Source of the DNA: Eledone cirrhosa
Lineage: Eukaryota
DNA: 64,000 nt
NCBI GenBank assembly: GCA_964016885.1
Contig: OZ024747.1
Location: forward strand, 60,140,001-60,204,000
Direction: 5' to 3'
In this document: positions 39,593 to 52,683 of the stretch, piece by piece
How positions within the stretch are numbered: position 1 is the first letter of the stretch
Layout of the letters: the number at the start of each line of letters is the position of its first letter
The notes under the pieces: model-generated
What the model was told of the DNA's origin: nothing
What the model saw: the letters and a program-made list of their open reading frames with translations, nothing else
Databases searched by the model: none
Translations under genes and position numbers: made by a program

Positions 39593-39780
39593 CGAAGGAA
39601 ATGTGGTAAGGAACCAGGTGGACCATAACGCACCAAAGTACTCAATACTTGAGGTAGTAGAGTGGGTAATAGGAACCAGTAAGACCCCGACAGCTGAGCT
39701 CAAGCCGTTTCGACGGCTAATTCTGGAATTAGCCGTCGAAACGGCTTGAGCTCAGCTGTCGGGGTCTTACTGGTTCCTAT
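39591..39780 (-). mobile_element. (TA)n-anchored element with 55-bp-arm perfect palindrome, probable Penelope-like remnant
   Basis: 39669-39723 is the reverse complement of 39726-39780; unique 78-bp tail; (TA)n on both sides. Confidence 0.78.
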
Positions 39781-39805
39781 ATATATATATATGTATATAT
39801 ATGTA

Positions 39806-39842
<37 letters not shown>

Positions 39843-40159
39843 TATATATGTATATATGTAGATGTATCCTGCATGAGTGTCTGTTTTGTGTGCATATCTG
39901 TGTTATGCATGTAGACATATATGGATGTTTTCTCAGTTGTCCATTGAAGAAGAAGCAGATGCAAGAATCAGATGTTTAAATTTTTGAAATTGTTCAGTTA
40001 GGTTATTATTTTTATTCTTTTACTTATTTTAGTCATTAGAGGTGTGGCTAGACACTGCATTGAAGTAGCAGATCATATTGACACCACTATATATATTATC
40101 AATCTCATTTTTGTCATACTGCTAAGATACAGAACTTAGACGAAGACTTACATACATAG

Positions 40160-40400
40160 ATGATGGCTGCAAACTCGTGTTTGAGTATTGCCTTCACCCA
40201 ATAAAATGCTAAAAAATGTGAGGTGCAAATGTGGCTCTTTAAACCTGCCAAAGACTTGTACCCTCTGGCACATACATGGCAACTGTAGACTTCTCCGGGA
40301 CTTTCCATTGCTTTGTTCTGGCTCTGTGTTCTCGTGTGCCTTTTAAGACCTCCCATGCTAGCACATGCATACATGGTGGCTGCCAACTCGTTTTCGAGTA
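40160..40400 (-). mobile_element. RTE (BovB-like) 3' end with C2H2 finger
   Basis: [19 protein letters not shown] in the ORF track. Confidence 0.68.
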
Positions 40401-40635
40401 CGGCCACTACTTCATATCCATGTAGGAGAACCCCTACCGATGCGATATATATATGTATAAACAGGTATATATGTATATACATACATATATATATATACAT
40501 ACATAGGTATATGTATATACAGACATACATATATGTATATACATATATATATACATATGTATATACATACATATATATATATATATATGTATATACATAT
40601 GTACATATAAATATGTATATACATACATACATATA

Positions 40636-40947
40636 TGGTGGCTGCCAACTCGTTTTCAAGTACGACCACTACTTTATATCCATGTAGGAGAACCCCTACC
40701 GATGCGCTGAACGAGTGTGACTTTTTAGTCCAGCCAGCGACTTGAAAACTCTAGTACAGACACTACACTTGTGACAATTATTGACACATAGTGCTGGGCC
40801 CATGGTACCATGTGACGACAAGTGCAGAGAGATCTCCAGATATAAAGCAATGCCTGTGCCGTGAAGCTTTTATAGTGAACAAATGTTGACTTGTTCTTCT
40901 TTTTGGTAAATATCATCTTGGTTAAGAGAGTGGGACTGGCTTTGTGC
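40636..40947 (-). mobile_element. RTE (BovB-like) 3' end with C2H2 finger
   Basis: Close inverted copy of 61272-61590 ([19 protein letters not shown]). Confidence 0.75.
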
Positions 40948-41364
40948 ATACATACATACATACATACATACATATTTATATATATATATATATATATATC
41001 ATCCTCACCACTGTCATTAACATCTATATTTCCATGCTTGCATGGGTTAGACAGGTTACCCATGTCATGAGACAAGTCTGGCCAGCTGGCTGCACCATAC
41101 CTTGCTCAGATGGAAGTGTATTTTAGCTGGGAATTTTACAGCTGGATGCCCTTCTTAACACCAACCACATTTACAGTGTGTAACTGGGTGGTCCCATTAT
41201 GAGAGAAGTCTGGCAAGTCTTTCCTATCTATCTCTTTGTCTACCTCTTTCTCATTCCGTTTGTCTACCTTACTCTCAACCTATAGTTATCTATTTATCTA
41301 TATATTTACCTATGTATCTATTTTGGGACACAAACAACAGCAACAACAACATATACATACACAT

Positions 41365-41395
<31 letters not shown>

Positions 41396-42444
41396 CACAC
41401 ACATATATATTATAAGCATATTCGTGTACATGTATATATATATATATATATAAATTCATGCATGTATGTATATATATGCATGTATATACTTATGCGTATG
41501 CATGTGTAAATATATATGTTTGTATGTGTGTGGTAGTATTATTGATGTCGTTTCACTGTGATCTTTCATTATCTTTGGCCATCTTTTATCATTAGAAACT
41601 AAATTATGTACAGTCATGTCTTGTGTCGCTATTTTAAATGATTTTCTTTCACTGTTATTGAGAAGACACTATGTTTCTATTCACTCTGTTAATCATGGCC
41701 AATCTTTTTATATTCTGTAATACCAACAACAGTTAAAGGTTTATAAACCACACATCCTCTTCCTTGGAAACCTGATCAACTTTTCTATCAAACTGATTCT
41801 TGTTTTATTCACAATATCAGGATGTAATGTTTACTGCGAAACATTATTTTAATTTGGCATAGAGACTCTTAGAATGGACCTCCATCACTTTTGACAATGA
41901 ATATTCCATTTGTCTAATTAATGGAACAACCCACTCATGAAATTAATCTGCAAGTGGCTGTTTATTCCAGTCATGTATACCCTTAGCATAAATGGTGACA
42001 TGACAAAAAACATCCCATCCACTCTGTAAGGTGGCCATGCTAGGAACACAACAAAGATGTACCTAGTCACACTTGTAGGTAGACATGCTGCTATCGCAAT
42101 GAAAAAGCACTCAGTTCACCCTGTCATATGGTGATTTTGATGCCATGATAAAAAAAAAAAAACACCTAGTACATGCTGTAACCTTGCTGGTGTTGGAAAG
42201 GGCATCCAGCTATAGAAACCAAGTCAGAAACAGTTCCATATGAGCAAGACATGGGTCACGTAGCCTGATAACCCATCTAACCCATGCAAGCGTTGAACTA
42301 TAAATGTATCAATTCAACAGACTTCAAATGTATATCTTGCTGAAGTATCATAGTTGATAAATAGTAAATCCCCCCATGGTTAAGATGCCAGTATACTTCT
42401 GGTAATATTTCCAGATGATTTACTACTTATAATCAGAGCCTATC

Positions 42445-42717
42445 ATCACCATCATCATCATCATCATCATCATTTTACGTCCACTTTTCCCTGCTTGCAA
42501 GGGTGGGACGGGAACTGATTCTGGCTCGATTTTTACAGCTGGATGCCCTTCCTAACACCAACCTCATTTACAGTGTGGGCTGGGTGCTTTTTTGCCGTGG
42601 CACCTACACGGCCACTTTGCAGTGGAATGATATGGACCCCAGTCCTTATCTCATTTCTACAGCTGAGTAAACTGGAGCAATGTGAAATAAAGTGTCTTGC
42701 TCAAGGAAACAACACAG
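42445..42717 (-). mobile_element. tRNA-SINE family B, 5'-truncated
   Basis: Same sequence as 18970-19230. Confidence 0.88.
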
Positions 42718-43804
42718 CCTATGAGATAGGGATTTCAGCCAGTACATAAGGCCAGGTCCCAGAGATCTAACAGGGGGCCTGTGGAAATCTGGTGTCTCTC
42801 CCATAAAAGAATCCTCTTAGCACTGACATCCCTAATTTTTAGTGGAGAACCCTGTCAACTCCTGCAGTATTTGAAAGCAGTCTTGTTCCACCTTGTAAAA
42901 CTTGTAAGCTCTAATTACAATACCCACGCTGTCCAAATATATAATTCACTCAATTACAGGATTTATAAACTCATCATCTCATCACCACTTTACTACACGT
43001 TTATTTATTTTTCTATTTTAAAGAGATTTATTTGACTGTAGCTGAATTTTAACTATAGACATTGGACTTAATAACAGTACATGACTGTAGTCCATACTCT
43101 TGGTGTTTCAAGAAATCTTGAGATTGTTAAAAGCAGATATTAGATTATGTAGAAGTTAAAGTGCAAGTCTGTGTGTGCGTGTGTATGTGTGTGTGTATGT
43201 GTGAGTGCATGTATGTAAAAGTGTGAGTGAAGATGTGACTATAAAATTGTAAAGTAACAACACAGATTATAGAAACTTAACTACTCAATATAACATCTAT
43301 CATTGTCTTATCAAGTGTTTGTGCGTGCTGATGTTCTCTCTCTCTCTTTCACTCACTGGCTCCATCTCTCTCACTCTCCCCCTCTCTCACTATTGTAAGT
43401 AAACGGGAGCCCACGCTTTGAAATGATGATGATGATAATTGTAAATGTTGTATATAGAATAGTGGTATGAATTGTCTATCAGTGTAACTTATACACAAAT
43501 GTATATGGTATCTATATTGTGTTCTTAGCTATGAAAATAACAAAATAGATTAATTATAAAACTAGGAAAAAGAAAATTCCAAAGAAAACAATTTTCTCTA
43601 GTGCAAGTCATCAATTTTTTACACTAAAGTATATTTAACATTGTACACCTGTGTCTACCTTTAGACTACAACTGACCAATATTAAACACTTCACATAGTA
43701 CTTTTCACTGATACTTGTGGCTATTACTTCACACTTAAAACTAATTGTATCATAATTAAACTGACTGCAATCTGTGCAGCTTTATGATTACTATTATTAT
43801 TGAT

Positions 43805-44240
43805 TGGATTGGCAGTATCGGTAGAAGGTCGGACGCCATGCTTTGACGCATAGAGTTACGGCCCTTTGCCATTCCGAGTTCAAATCCCGCCGAGGTTAAC
43901 TTTGCCTTTCATCCTTACGGGGGTCGATAAAATAAAGTACCAGTAACGTACTGGATAATTGCTGGCCTTGTGCCTAAAGTAGAAACAATTATTATTATTA
44001 TTATTATTATTGTTGTTGTTGTTGTTGTTGTTGTTATGGCAGTGGATTGGCAGTCTCGGTAGAGTCAGCCCTTTACATTCTGAGTTCACATCCCACAAAG
44101 GTTAGCTTTGCCTTTTATCCTTACGGGGGGTCCATAAAATAAAGTACCAGTAATGCACTGGGGTTGATTTAATCGCCCCCCCCCCCCCGCCCATCCCCTC
44201 CTGCGAAATTGCTGGGCTTGTGCTGATAGTAGAAATTATT
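43805..44240 (+). mobile_element. Two tandem SINE family A copies separated by (ATT)n(GTT)n
   Basis: A box TGGCAGTATCGG, B box GAGTTCAAATCC, central domain and tail, twice. Confidence 0.88.
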
Positions 44241-44404
44241 ATTATTATTGTTGTTGTTACACCTATTTATGTTCTGTTTCCATATTCTTCCAATGTAAAG
44301 TTAGTCTTTGAGAGAGTCAACAGAATGGAGGTCATTCGTTAGATTGGGTTAATCAACTCTTCATTCCCACCAGATTGTTGGTGCTAGTGTCTACATTAAA
44401 AACC

Positions 44405-46120
44405 ATTGTAAAGTGTTAATTCTGGTGCCATGATGAAATACACCCAGTACACTCTATAAAGTGGAGGCATTGTTGCCATAATTAAATGTATACCATACAC
44501 TCTATAAAATGTTGGTGCTAGTGTTACAATAAAATGCACCTAGTACACTCTGTAAAGTGCTGGTGTTACAATAAAATGTACCTAGAACACTCTATAAAGT
44601 GGTGGTATTGTTGCCATAATTAAATGTATACCATACACTCTATAAAATGTTGGTGCTAGTGTTACAATAAAATGCACCTAGTACACTCTGTAAAGTGCTG
44701 GTGTTACAATAAAATGTACCTAGAACACTCTATAAAGTGGTGGTATTGTTGCCATAATTAAATGTATACCATACACTCTATAAAGTGTTATTGCTAGTGT
44801 CACAATAAAATGCATCTAGTACACTCTGTAAAGTGGTGGTGTTACAATAAAATGTACCTAGAACACTCTATAAAGTGGTGGTATTGTTGCCATAATTAAA
44901 TGTATACCATACACTCTATAAAATGTTGGTGCTAGTGTTACAATAAAATGCACCTAGTACACTCTGTAAAGTGGTGGTGTTACAATAAAATGTACCTAGA
45001 ACACTCTATAAAGTGGTGGTATTGTTGCCATAATTAAATGTATACCATACACTCTATAAAGTGTTATTGCTAGTGTCACAATAAAATGCACCTAGTACAC
45101 TCTGTAAAGTGCTGGTGTTACAATAAAATGTACCTAGAACACTCTATAAAGTGGTGGTATTGTTGCCATAATTAAATGTATACCATACACTCTATAAAAT
45201 GTTGGTGCTGGTGTTACAATAAAATGCACCTAGTACACTCTGTAAAGTGGTGGTGTTACAATAAAATGTACCTAGAACACTCTATAAAGTGGTGGTATTG
45301 TTGCCATAATTAAATGTATACCATACACTCTATAAAATGTTGGTGCTGGTGTTACAATAAAATGCACCTAGTACACTCTGTAAAGTGGTGGTGTTACAAT
45401 AAAATGTACCTAGAACACTCTATAAAGTGGTGGTATTGTTGCCATAATTAAATGTATACCATACACTCTATAAAATGTTGGTGCTAGTGTTACAATAAAA
45501 TGCACCTAGTACACTCTGTAAAGTGCTGGTGTTACAATAAAATGTACCTAGAACACTCTATAAAGTGGTGGTATTGTTGCCATAATTAAATGTATACCAT
45601 ACACTCTATAAAATGTTGGTGCTAGTGTTACAATAAAATGCACCTAGTACACTCTGTAAAGTGCTGGTGTTACAATAAAATGTACCTAGAACACTCTATA
45701 AAGTGGTGGTATTGTTGCCATAATTAAATGTATACCATACACTCTATAAAATGTTGGTGCTAGTGTTACAATAAAATGCACCTAGTACACTCTGTAAAGT
45801 GCTGGTGTTACAATAAAATGTACCTAGAACACTCTATAAAGTGGTGGTATTGTTGCCATAATTAAATGTATACCATACACTCTATAAAATGTTGGTGCTG
45901 GTGTTACAATAAAATGCACCTAGTACACTCTGTAAAATGCTGGTGTTACAATAAAATGTACCTAGAACACTCTATAAAGTGGTGGTATTGTTGCCATAAT
46001 TAAATGTATACCATACACTCTATAAAGTGTTGGTGCCGGTGTTACAATAAAATGCACCTAGTACACTCTGTAAAGTGCTGGTGTTACAATAAAATACACC
46101 CAGTACATGCTGTAAAGTAG
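44405..46120. repeat. 138-bp higher-order minisatellite (48+48+42 bp subunits), ~12 copies
   Basis: CCTAGAACAC at 44581 and 44719; each subunit begins ACACTCT(A/G)TAAA. Confidence 0.95.
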
Positions 46121-46357
46121 TTCATTTTAGGGAAAGCCCATAGAAACTAGACCAAAATGAAATGAGCAAGATGTGATCATCTGATTTGTCTAGTCTCAGA
46201 ACTTGTTAACCCATCCAACCCATGCCATCATGGAAAACAGATGTAAAAACAGTGATAATGATAGTTATAATATTTTTTGTTGTTGATGTTATTGTTATTA
46301 TTTATCATATATGCACTATTGATGACATTTGATATATTTCTCATGTTATAGTATAGA

Positions 46358-47001
46358 CTAGCAGAATGGCCCGGCGTTGCTCAGGATTTGTTCTAGGGTT
46401 CTTATATATTTGATATATATTTATCCTTATCGAGCCTCGTGAAATAAATACGTTTGTTTATATTTTGTTATTGTGTATGCAAAAATATCTGTACACGAAT
46501 ATATAATTATATATATATATATTAAAATAACAGATTAAAGTTTAAGCAAAGAATCGCTGCTTTCACCCTTAACGGGATTTTCTGAAACTAAAAAAATCAA
46601 TCTGTGAACGCAGAAGTAAATATTTCGAAAAACGTTACACACTATATATACACACACTATATATATATATACACACACTATATATACATATATACACACA
46701 CACACACATATAGCATCATAATGTCGTAATGCAGACAGCCAGCCAGACATACAGACAGATATTATAACAGCACAACGTTATATCTATGTATCTATCTAAA
46801 GAGAAAGACTAAGAATTATAGAGAGAGATCGCTAAATCGCCTAATGCGGTCCCTAGGGGATTGAAAATTAAAAATTTTTTTTTTTGCTCAAATCACTTAC
46901 AGGACCATAAGTATTACATGTGTAAAGTTTGAAAACAATCGGTTGGGTGGTTCTCGAGTTTTAGGGAGTCAGACAGACATTCTCTGTTTTAGATATATAG
47001 A
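46358..47001 (-). mobile_element. Non-autonomous Helitron, sister of 10353-11423 without the nested insertion
   Basis: Reverse complement: A|TCTATATATCTAAAACAGAGAATGTC ... GAGCAACGCCGGGCCATTCTGCTAG|T. Confidence 0.88.
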
Positions 47002-47038
47002 TATCTATGGAAAGACTGAAATTAATATAGTTTTTCTA

Positions 47039-47093
47039 CAGGGTGTTCATAAATTATGTTTACAACTTGTCGAGATAATTTATGGACACCCTG
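47039..47093. mobile_element. 55-bp Tc1/mariner-type MITE
   Basis: TA|CAGGGTGTTCATAAATTAT ... ATAATTTATGGACACCCTG|TG. Confidence 0.7.
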
Positions 47094-48026
47094 TGTATAT
47101 AAGGTCTTCAGTTAGAACTGTCACTGTTCTTGATAAATTTAAAACTTTAATTTTCAATGTGATCTACTCACAGAGCTTTTTATTTTACTTTTCAAGAATG
47201 TCTTGCTAATGTAGTTTCATGTGGTCTGTAAATCCAAGTGCTTATAGTATTTTTACTAGTAAGAAGATTGAAAAATTTTGTAATATCAGAGTAAAAACTT
47301 TAATTTTCAATGTGATTTTCTCATTTTTCTTTTCAAGAATGTCTTACTAATATCGTTTCATGTGGCTTGTTAATCTAAATGTTTATAGTATATTTATTAG
47401 TATGACCTCATTTTATTTTTCAAGAATGTCTTGCTTATATGGTTTGTTAATCCAAGTGCTTATAGTATCTTTACTAGTAGACAGATTGTGAAATTCTGTA
47501 GTATCAGAGTATAAACTTTAATTTTCAATGGGATGTTCTCATTTTACTTTTTGAGCATGTCTTGCTAATGTGTTTTCATGAGGTACAGGACATAAAGTGT
47601 TAAAAAATGGGGCATGCCACACAACCAAAAAAATTCATGTCATGGGTGTGGGGGGGGGGGGGGGATCTAATGGGATTTTAGTGTTTAGCACCCTTAAACA
47701 AGTTTTAGATACAAGTCATGAAAAACTGTGCTAATCAGAGTTATTTACAGATAATTAACCTTTGAGAGGTTCTCTGCCAGAAGAGGAACCAAACACTGAT
47801 AGGAATTGATAATTCTTTGATCTCACTTGATGTGCTTTCTTGCTACTATGCCAGATTCTACAGACATATAAAAGAGATTTTTATTAGAGAAAGTTAATGA
47901 ACCTAAAAGTGTAATGAGTAAGAAAAATAAGTAGACATTGCTGTTATTTATCTATGTACTTTACTACTAACAGTTATTTGTCACCATTTTGTCTGATTTA
48001 TTATTATTATTATTATTGTAGAAACA

Positions 48027-48068
<42 letters not shown>

Positions 48069-48219
48069 TGAAACTTCCCTTGAATTCTGCTTCTTTCCCA
48101 AATCATGCCAAACATTAACCTGGCACCTGAGGCAAAATTTGTTAATACACATATTTTACAATCGTCATAGAAATGATGTCACAATTGTGTCCACAAACAG
48201 CAGTAAATGTCTTTTCAAA

Positions 48220-49185
48220 GCCAGTGGATTAGCAGTTTCAGTAGAGCGGCGGACACCATGTTTCGTGACACATAGTTACGGCCCTTTACGTTCTGATTTC
48301 AAATACTGCCAAGGTCAGCTTTGCTTTTCATCCTTACGGGGTCAATAAAATAAAGTTCCAGTAATGCACTAAGGTTGAATTAATCGACTTTCCCCTCCCC
48401 CCAAATTGTTGGTCTTGTGCCATTATTATTGTTGTTGCTGTTATTGTTATTATTGTTATCTCCTTCCCTATTAAGAAATCCTCTTTTTTTTTATTTTCAT
48501 TATCTTTCAGTTTTAACATTAAATTTGTTTACATGTAACCCCTCCCCCACACACTATGTTTTTATCCTGTGCCATCATAATGTTTTTCTTGATGTGAATA
48601 AAGAAATCATTATTATTATTATTATAAAGGTTAACTTTGCCTTTCATCCTTACGGGGTCGATAAAATAAAAGTACCAGTAATGCACTGGGTATTTGCTGG
48701 CCTTATGCCTAATGTAGAAACAATTATTATTATTATTATTGGTAGGGTGGTGGATTGGCAGTATCGGTAGAGGGTCGGAGAACATGCTTTGTAGCATAGA
48801 GTTACAGTCCTTTATGATCTGAGTTCAAATCCCGCCGCGGTTAACTTTGCATTTCATCCTTACGGGGTCGATAAAATAAAGTACCAGTCACACCCTGGGG
48901 TTGATTTAATCGACTTTCCCCTCCCCCAAAATTGCTGGCCTTGTGCCTATATAAGAAACCATTATTATTATTATTGGTGAGGGTGGTGGGTTGGCAGTAC
49001 CGGTAGAGCATTGGACAGCATGCTTTATGGCACAGGGTATGGCACTTTATGATACGAGTTCAAATCCTGCCAAGGTTAGCTTACAGGGTCGACAAAATAA
49101 AGTACCAGTAATGTACTGGGCTCGATTTAACTGACTTTTCCCCTCTCCTAAAATTATTGGCCTTGTGTTTAATTCAGAAACAATT
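48220..49185 (+). mobile_element. Cluster of four same-orientation SINE family A copies linked by (ATT)n
   Basis: Copies near 48220-48425, 48628-48725, 48741-48960, 48976-49185. Confidence 0.85.
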
Positions 49186-49519
49186 ATTATAATTATTATA
49201 TCTATTTGTAAACAATACTCTCACAAGTCATTGGAACTCAACAAAGATATAATGTTTAACACTTTTGATGCCAAACTGCCTGAAACTGTCCCTGGTTCTA
49301 CAGAGTAAAATTGTTCATTTCTATACATTTGTATTGATCAAAGAACTTTCCTCTTAATTTTATATTCCAAACACTAGATAAATAATGAGAAAATTAGAGA
49401 TATTACTAACTCCTTCCAAATTCTTGATTATTTTCCAAATTATTGAAAAACTGTAGGCAGTGTCTTTCATTGAAAATATGGTAACAAAAAGGTTAATAAG
49501 GAAATAAGTGTGTAAGAAA

Positions 49520-49870
49520 TAATAGAGATCACAGCTCTGGTATTATTGGCATGTGGTTAGAATCTCTTAGGAAAGAATGTATAGCTTGGAGATCAGAGAA
49601 TTGTTCCAGGTAGAGCTGCTACTTCTCTGAATTGAGAGATCACAGCTCCACTACTATGGCATGTGGTTAGAATGTCTCAGGAAAAAAACCAACTGACAGG
49701 GGTAGACCCCAAGCAAGATGGCTGGATAACATTCATAAGCTTGGCTTGTCATGCTTGGGGATCCAGCCAAATCAGCTGGAGATGATTGCTTCTGACAGGA
49801 CCTGCTTGGAGGAGTGTTTGAGGGCTCTACCCCCATGACCCTCTCTAGAATAAGTGGGCAATGAGGAAGA
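49520..49870 (+). mobile_element. Rex3/Expander-like RTE 3' end
   Basis: Homologous to 11564-11875. Confidence 0.78.
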
Positions 49871-51017
49871 AGTAGCAGAGATAATAGAGGGAGAGAAAGA
49901 GCTGCAGATTTTTTTTTTATTATCATGAAAGGTGTAGTGTTGTAAGTGTGTTTTCTAGGTATGTAGTGTGACAGTATTTTTATGCCATTGAAATAAATTA
50001 GGTTGTCTTTTCCTTATTGGGGGATATGTTCAATGTGTTTGTGCTTGAGTACCTCCATATTGTCATTCAACTTAATCAATCTAGCAGTAAAAACTCTCTA
50101 AGAAAACTTTCCTCCATCTTAAAAATTAGGACAACACAATTTAGATTTAAGACCCTACATTTATTGGAGATAAGTATAATTGATTGAATTGAAACAATAT
50201 ATAACTGGTACTTCTTTTATCAATCACATCAGAATATAGAACAAACTGAATACCTGTAGATTTTCACCTGAGCATCATCATCACAATCTCCATCATCAAT
50301 GCTATCTGTTTTTCTATGCTAACATGGGTTTGATAGGTCATCACAAATAAAGTCAGTATTTTTTCAAACTTACTGCCCTGTAACTATCATGCTGAAGGCT
50401 CACATCTCACTTACTTACTTTTCACTTTTGGCTGGGTTTCTTCAGCTGGATTCCTTTCCAATTACCAAATATTTTATCGACTCTAATGGAAGCATTTTAT
50501 TGTGGCACCAGCTCTATTGAGGTTGTCATGTCTTTATCACATATGAAAAGTCCTCTCAATCCATTATTTGGAATGGTTTCTATAACTGGGTGCCCTTTCT
50601 AATACAAACTACTTTACAGAGTGTATTGGATATATTTTATCATAACACTAAAACTGGGGAGATTGTAATGTTCTTGGCACAACTGAACAGTCTTTTCATC
50701 CCTTTCTTAGGCAGATTTTCAATGGTTTGATGTCCCTCCTAATACCAACTACTTTATAGAATATACTGAGGGTGTTTTATCATGTCACTAGTCCTAGATT
50801 TGTTATTGTGTCCTTGACACAACTGAAGTGTTCAATAAACATATTGATTGCCATGGTTTTTATTTCTGGATACTTTTCCAAACACCAATCACTTTACAGA
50901 ATAAACATAGAGAGATAAAACTACTAAGTCCTAAATATTGACCAAATAACGTCTGCAAACCACACCATAAATGCAAGTATGGTCACTAAATAACTGATCA
51001 GAAACTGCTTGTTTGAG

Positions 51018-51252
51018 GTGAGCTAATATCATAAACTACCTCCCCACCACCAACAACATCACTACTGCCACCACCATCACCACCATCAAATCAGTGAGCT
51101 AATATCATAAACTACCTCCCCACCACCAACAACAACATCACTACTGCCACCACCATCACCACCATCAAATCAGTGAGCTAATATCATAAACTACCTCCCC
51201 ACCACCAACATCACTACTGCCACCACCATCACCACCATCACCACCATCAAAT
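51018..51252. repeat. ~76-79-bp tandem triplication rich in CAC/CAA
   Basis: GTGAGCTAATATCATAAACTACCTCCCC three times. Confidence 0.9.
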
Positions 51253-52538
51253 CCCTTCTGGATGATGATATACTTTAGTGATGAAAGGGGAATGTACTTA
51301 GAAAGTAGAGAGATATTACAAAGGAAATGTTTTTGCCTAAATGGACAAGCCACTCTAATCTTTATAAAGCTTAATGTTTTCCAAACTAAGGAACTAACTT
51401 ATAGCAAATCATTTCTTGAGAAATAAACAGTGTGTTAAACTTAATATGTTCTGTTTCCATCGAGTTTTCAAAAAGCATTTCTCCAGGCTTATTGTCAATT
51501 TATATAGTCTTTTCTATTCATCCTTTATTTTCTCTTCTTCATTCAGCTTTTCTGTTTAATATATTCTGTTTAGCAACACTTTGTTTACATAATTGTTTTA
51601 TTTTCTCATCATCACAAAACACTTAACTTCTTCAGATAAATCTCTTTGAGAAAAAATGTTAGTTTAGTCTTTAAAATCGCCACCTGAGGCCTGATTTTCT
51701 GGCAGCTCCTGACTGACTGTATTTCTGATGACCTATTGAAAATCTCACAGTCAGATGTCAAACTTATATATATATATATATATACTTGTACGAGTATATT
51801 TGTTTGCTATTTCTCTACTTTCCTCTACATCTTCTACTCTTGTTAAATGTAAACAAATTGAGAATTACATCAATCTTCATTCTACACACAGTTAATAGAA
51901 TGAATATTTATTATAAGATATTACTCTGGCTGAAGGTAAGTATCAGAAGCTGTCAGTAGTAGAATGTATTTTAAAATCTTCTGTACATAAGACAGATGGT
52001 GTTCTAGAAAAACAGTTAAACCATCCTACTAATTACGTAGGTCACAAATAGTCAACATCTGAAAGTAAACTCCCAAGGGAATGCTGAAGTTTTAATGATG
52101 TGACAAAGCTTTTAAAGTTTGGTGATATGAATTATCTACATCTCTGTAACCTTCACCTTGGAAAAGTAACTTGGGTGATTGTGTTTCAGTAACGAAGTAC
52201 TGAAATGGTTGTATATGAAAAAAAGAAAAGACATTTACTGCTCACAACTATGCAGGTTTAGCCGACCATCCTAACATGGCCCCATACCCAGACACACCAC
52301 CCCTCACCGAAGTCTCCAGCCCACTCTGTAAAATGGTCATTTTGGTACCATGACAAAACATGCCCAGTCCACACTGTAAAGTGGTGATGTAGGTGTGACG
52401 ACAACAATTGAGAAAGACACACTCACCTGACCCAACTTGTCTCACAACAGGATGACGCATCTAACCCATGCTAGCATGGAAAAATAAACTTTAAATTGTG
52501 ATGACAATGATGATAGTGATATTTTTGTTTACTTTTTA

Positions 52539-52579
<41 letters not shown>

Positions 52580-52618
52580 GATATTAATAAATGGAAACTA
52601 TATTTATAAAACCATATT

Positions 52619-52683
52619 TATTTTATTATACATATTTCAGGGATACCAAATTAAATTATGGTATGCCTTCATCAGACAAAATA
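52619..52683 (-). ncRNA. Type I minimal hammerhead ribozyme motif
   Basis: Minus strand TATTTTGT-CTGATGA-AGGCATACCA-loop-TGGTATCCCT-GAAA-TATGTATA-ATAAAATA: 8-bp stem I, 9/10-bp stem II, intact core, self-complementary stem III, AUA site. Confidence 0.68.

Noticed and set aside
44405-46120. Regularly spaced repeats resembling a CRISPR array
   Set aside because: Intervening sequences are themselves repeated, there are no unique spacers or cas genes, and the context is eukaryotic
51724-51760. CTGATGA..GAAA..GTC motif
   Set aside because: Stems II and III cannot form; likely chance
51892-51941. Consensus donor AAG|GTAAGT
   Set aside because: No convincing coding exon upstream
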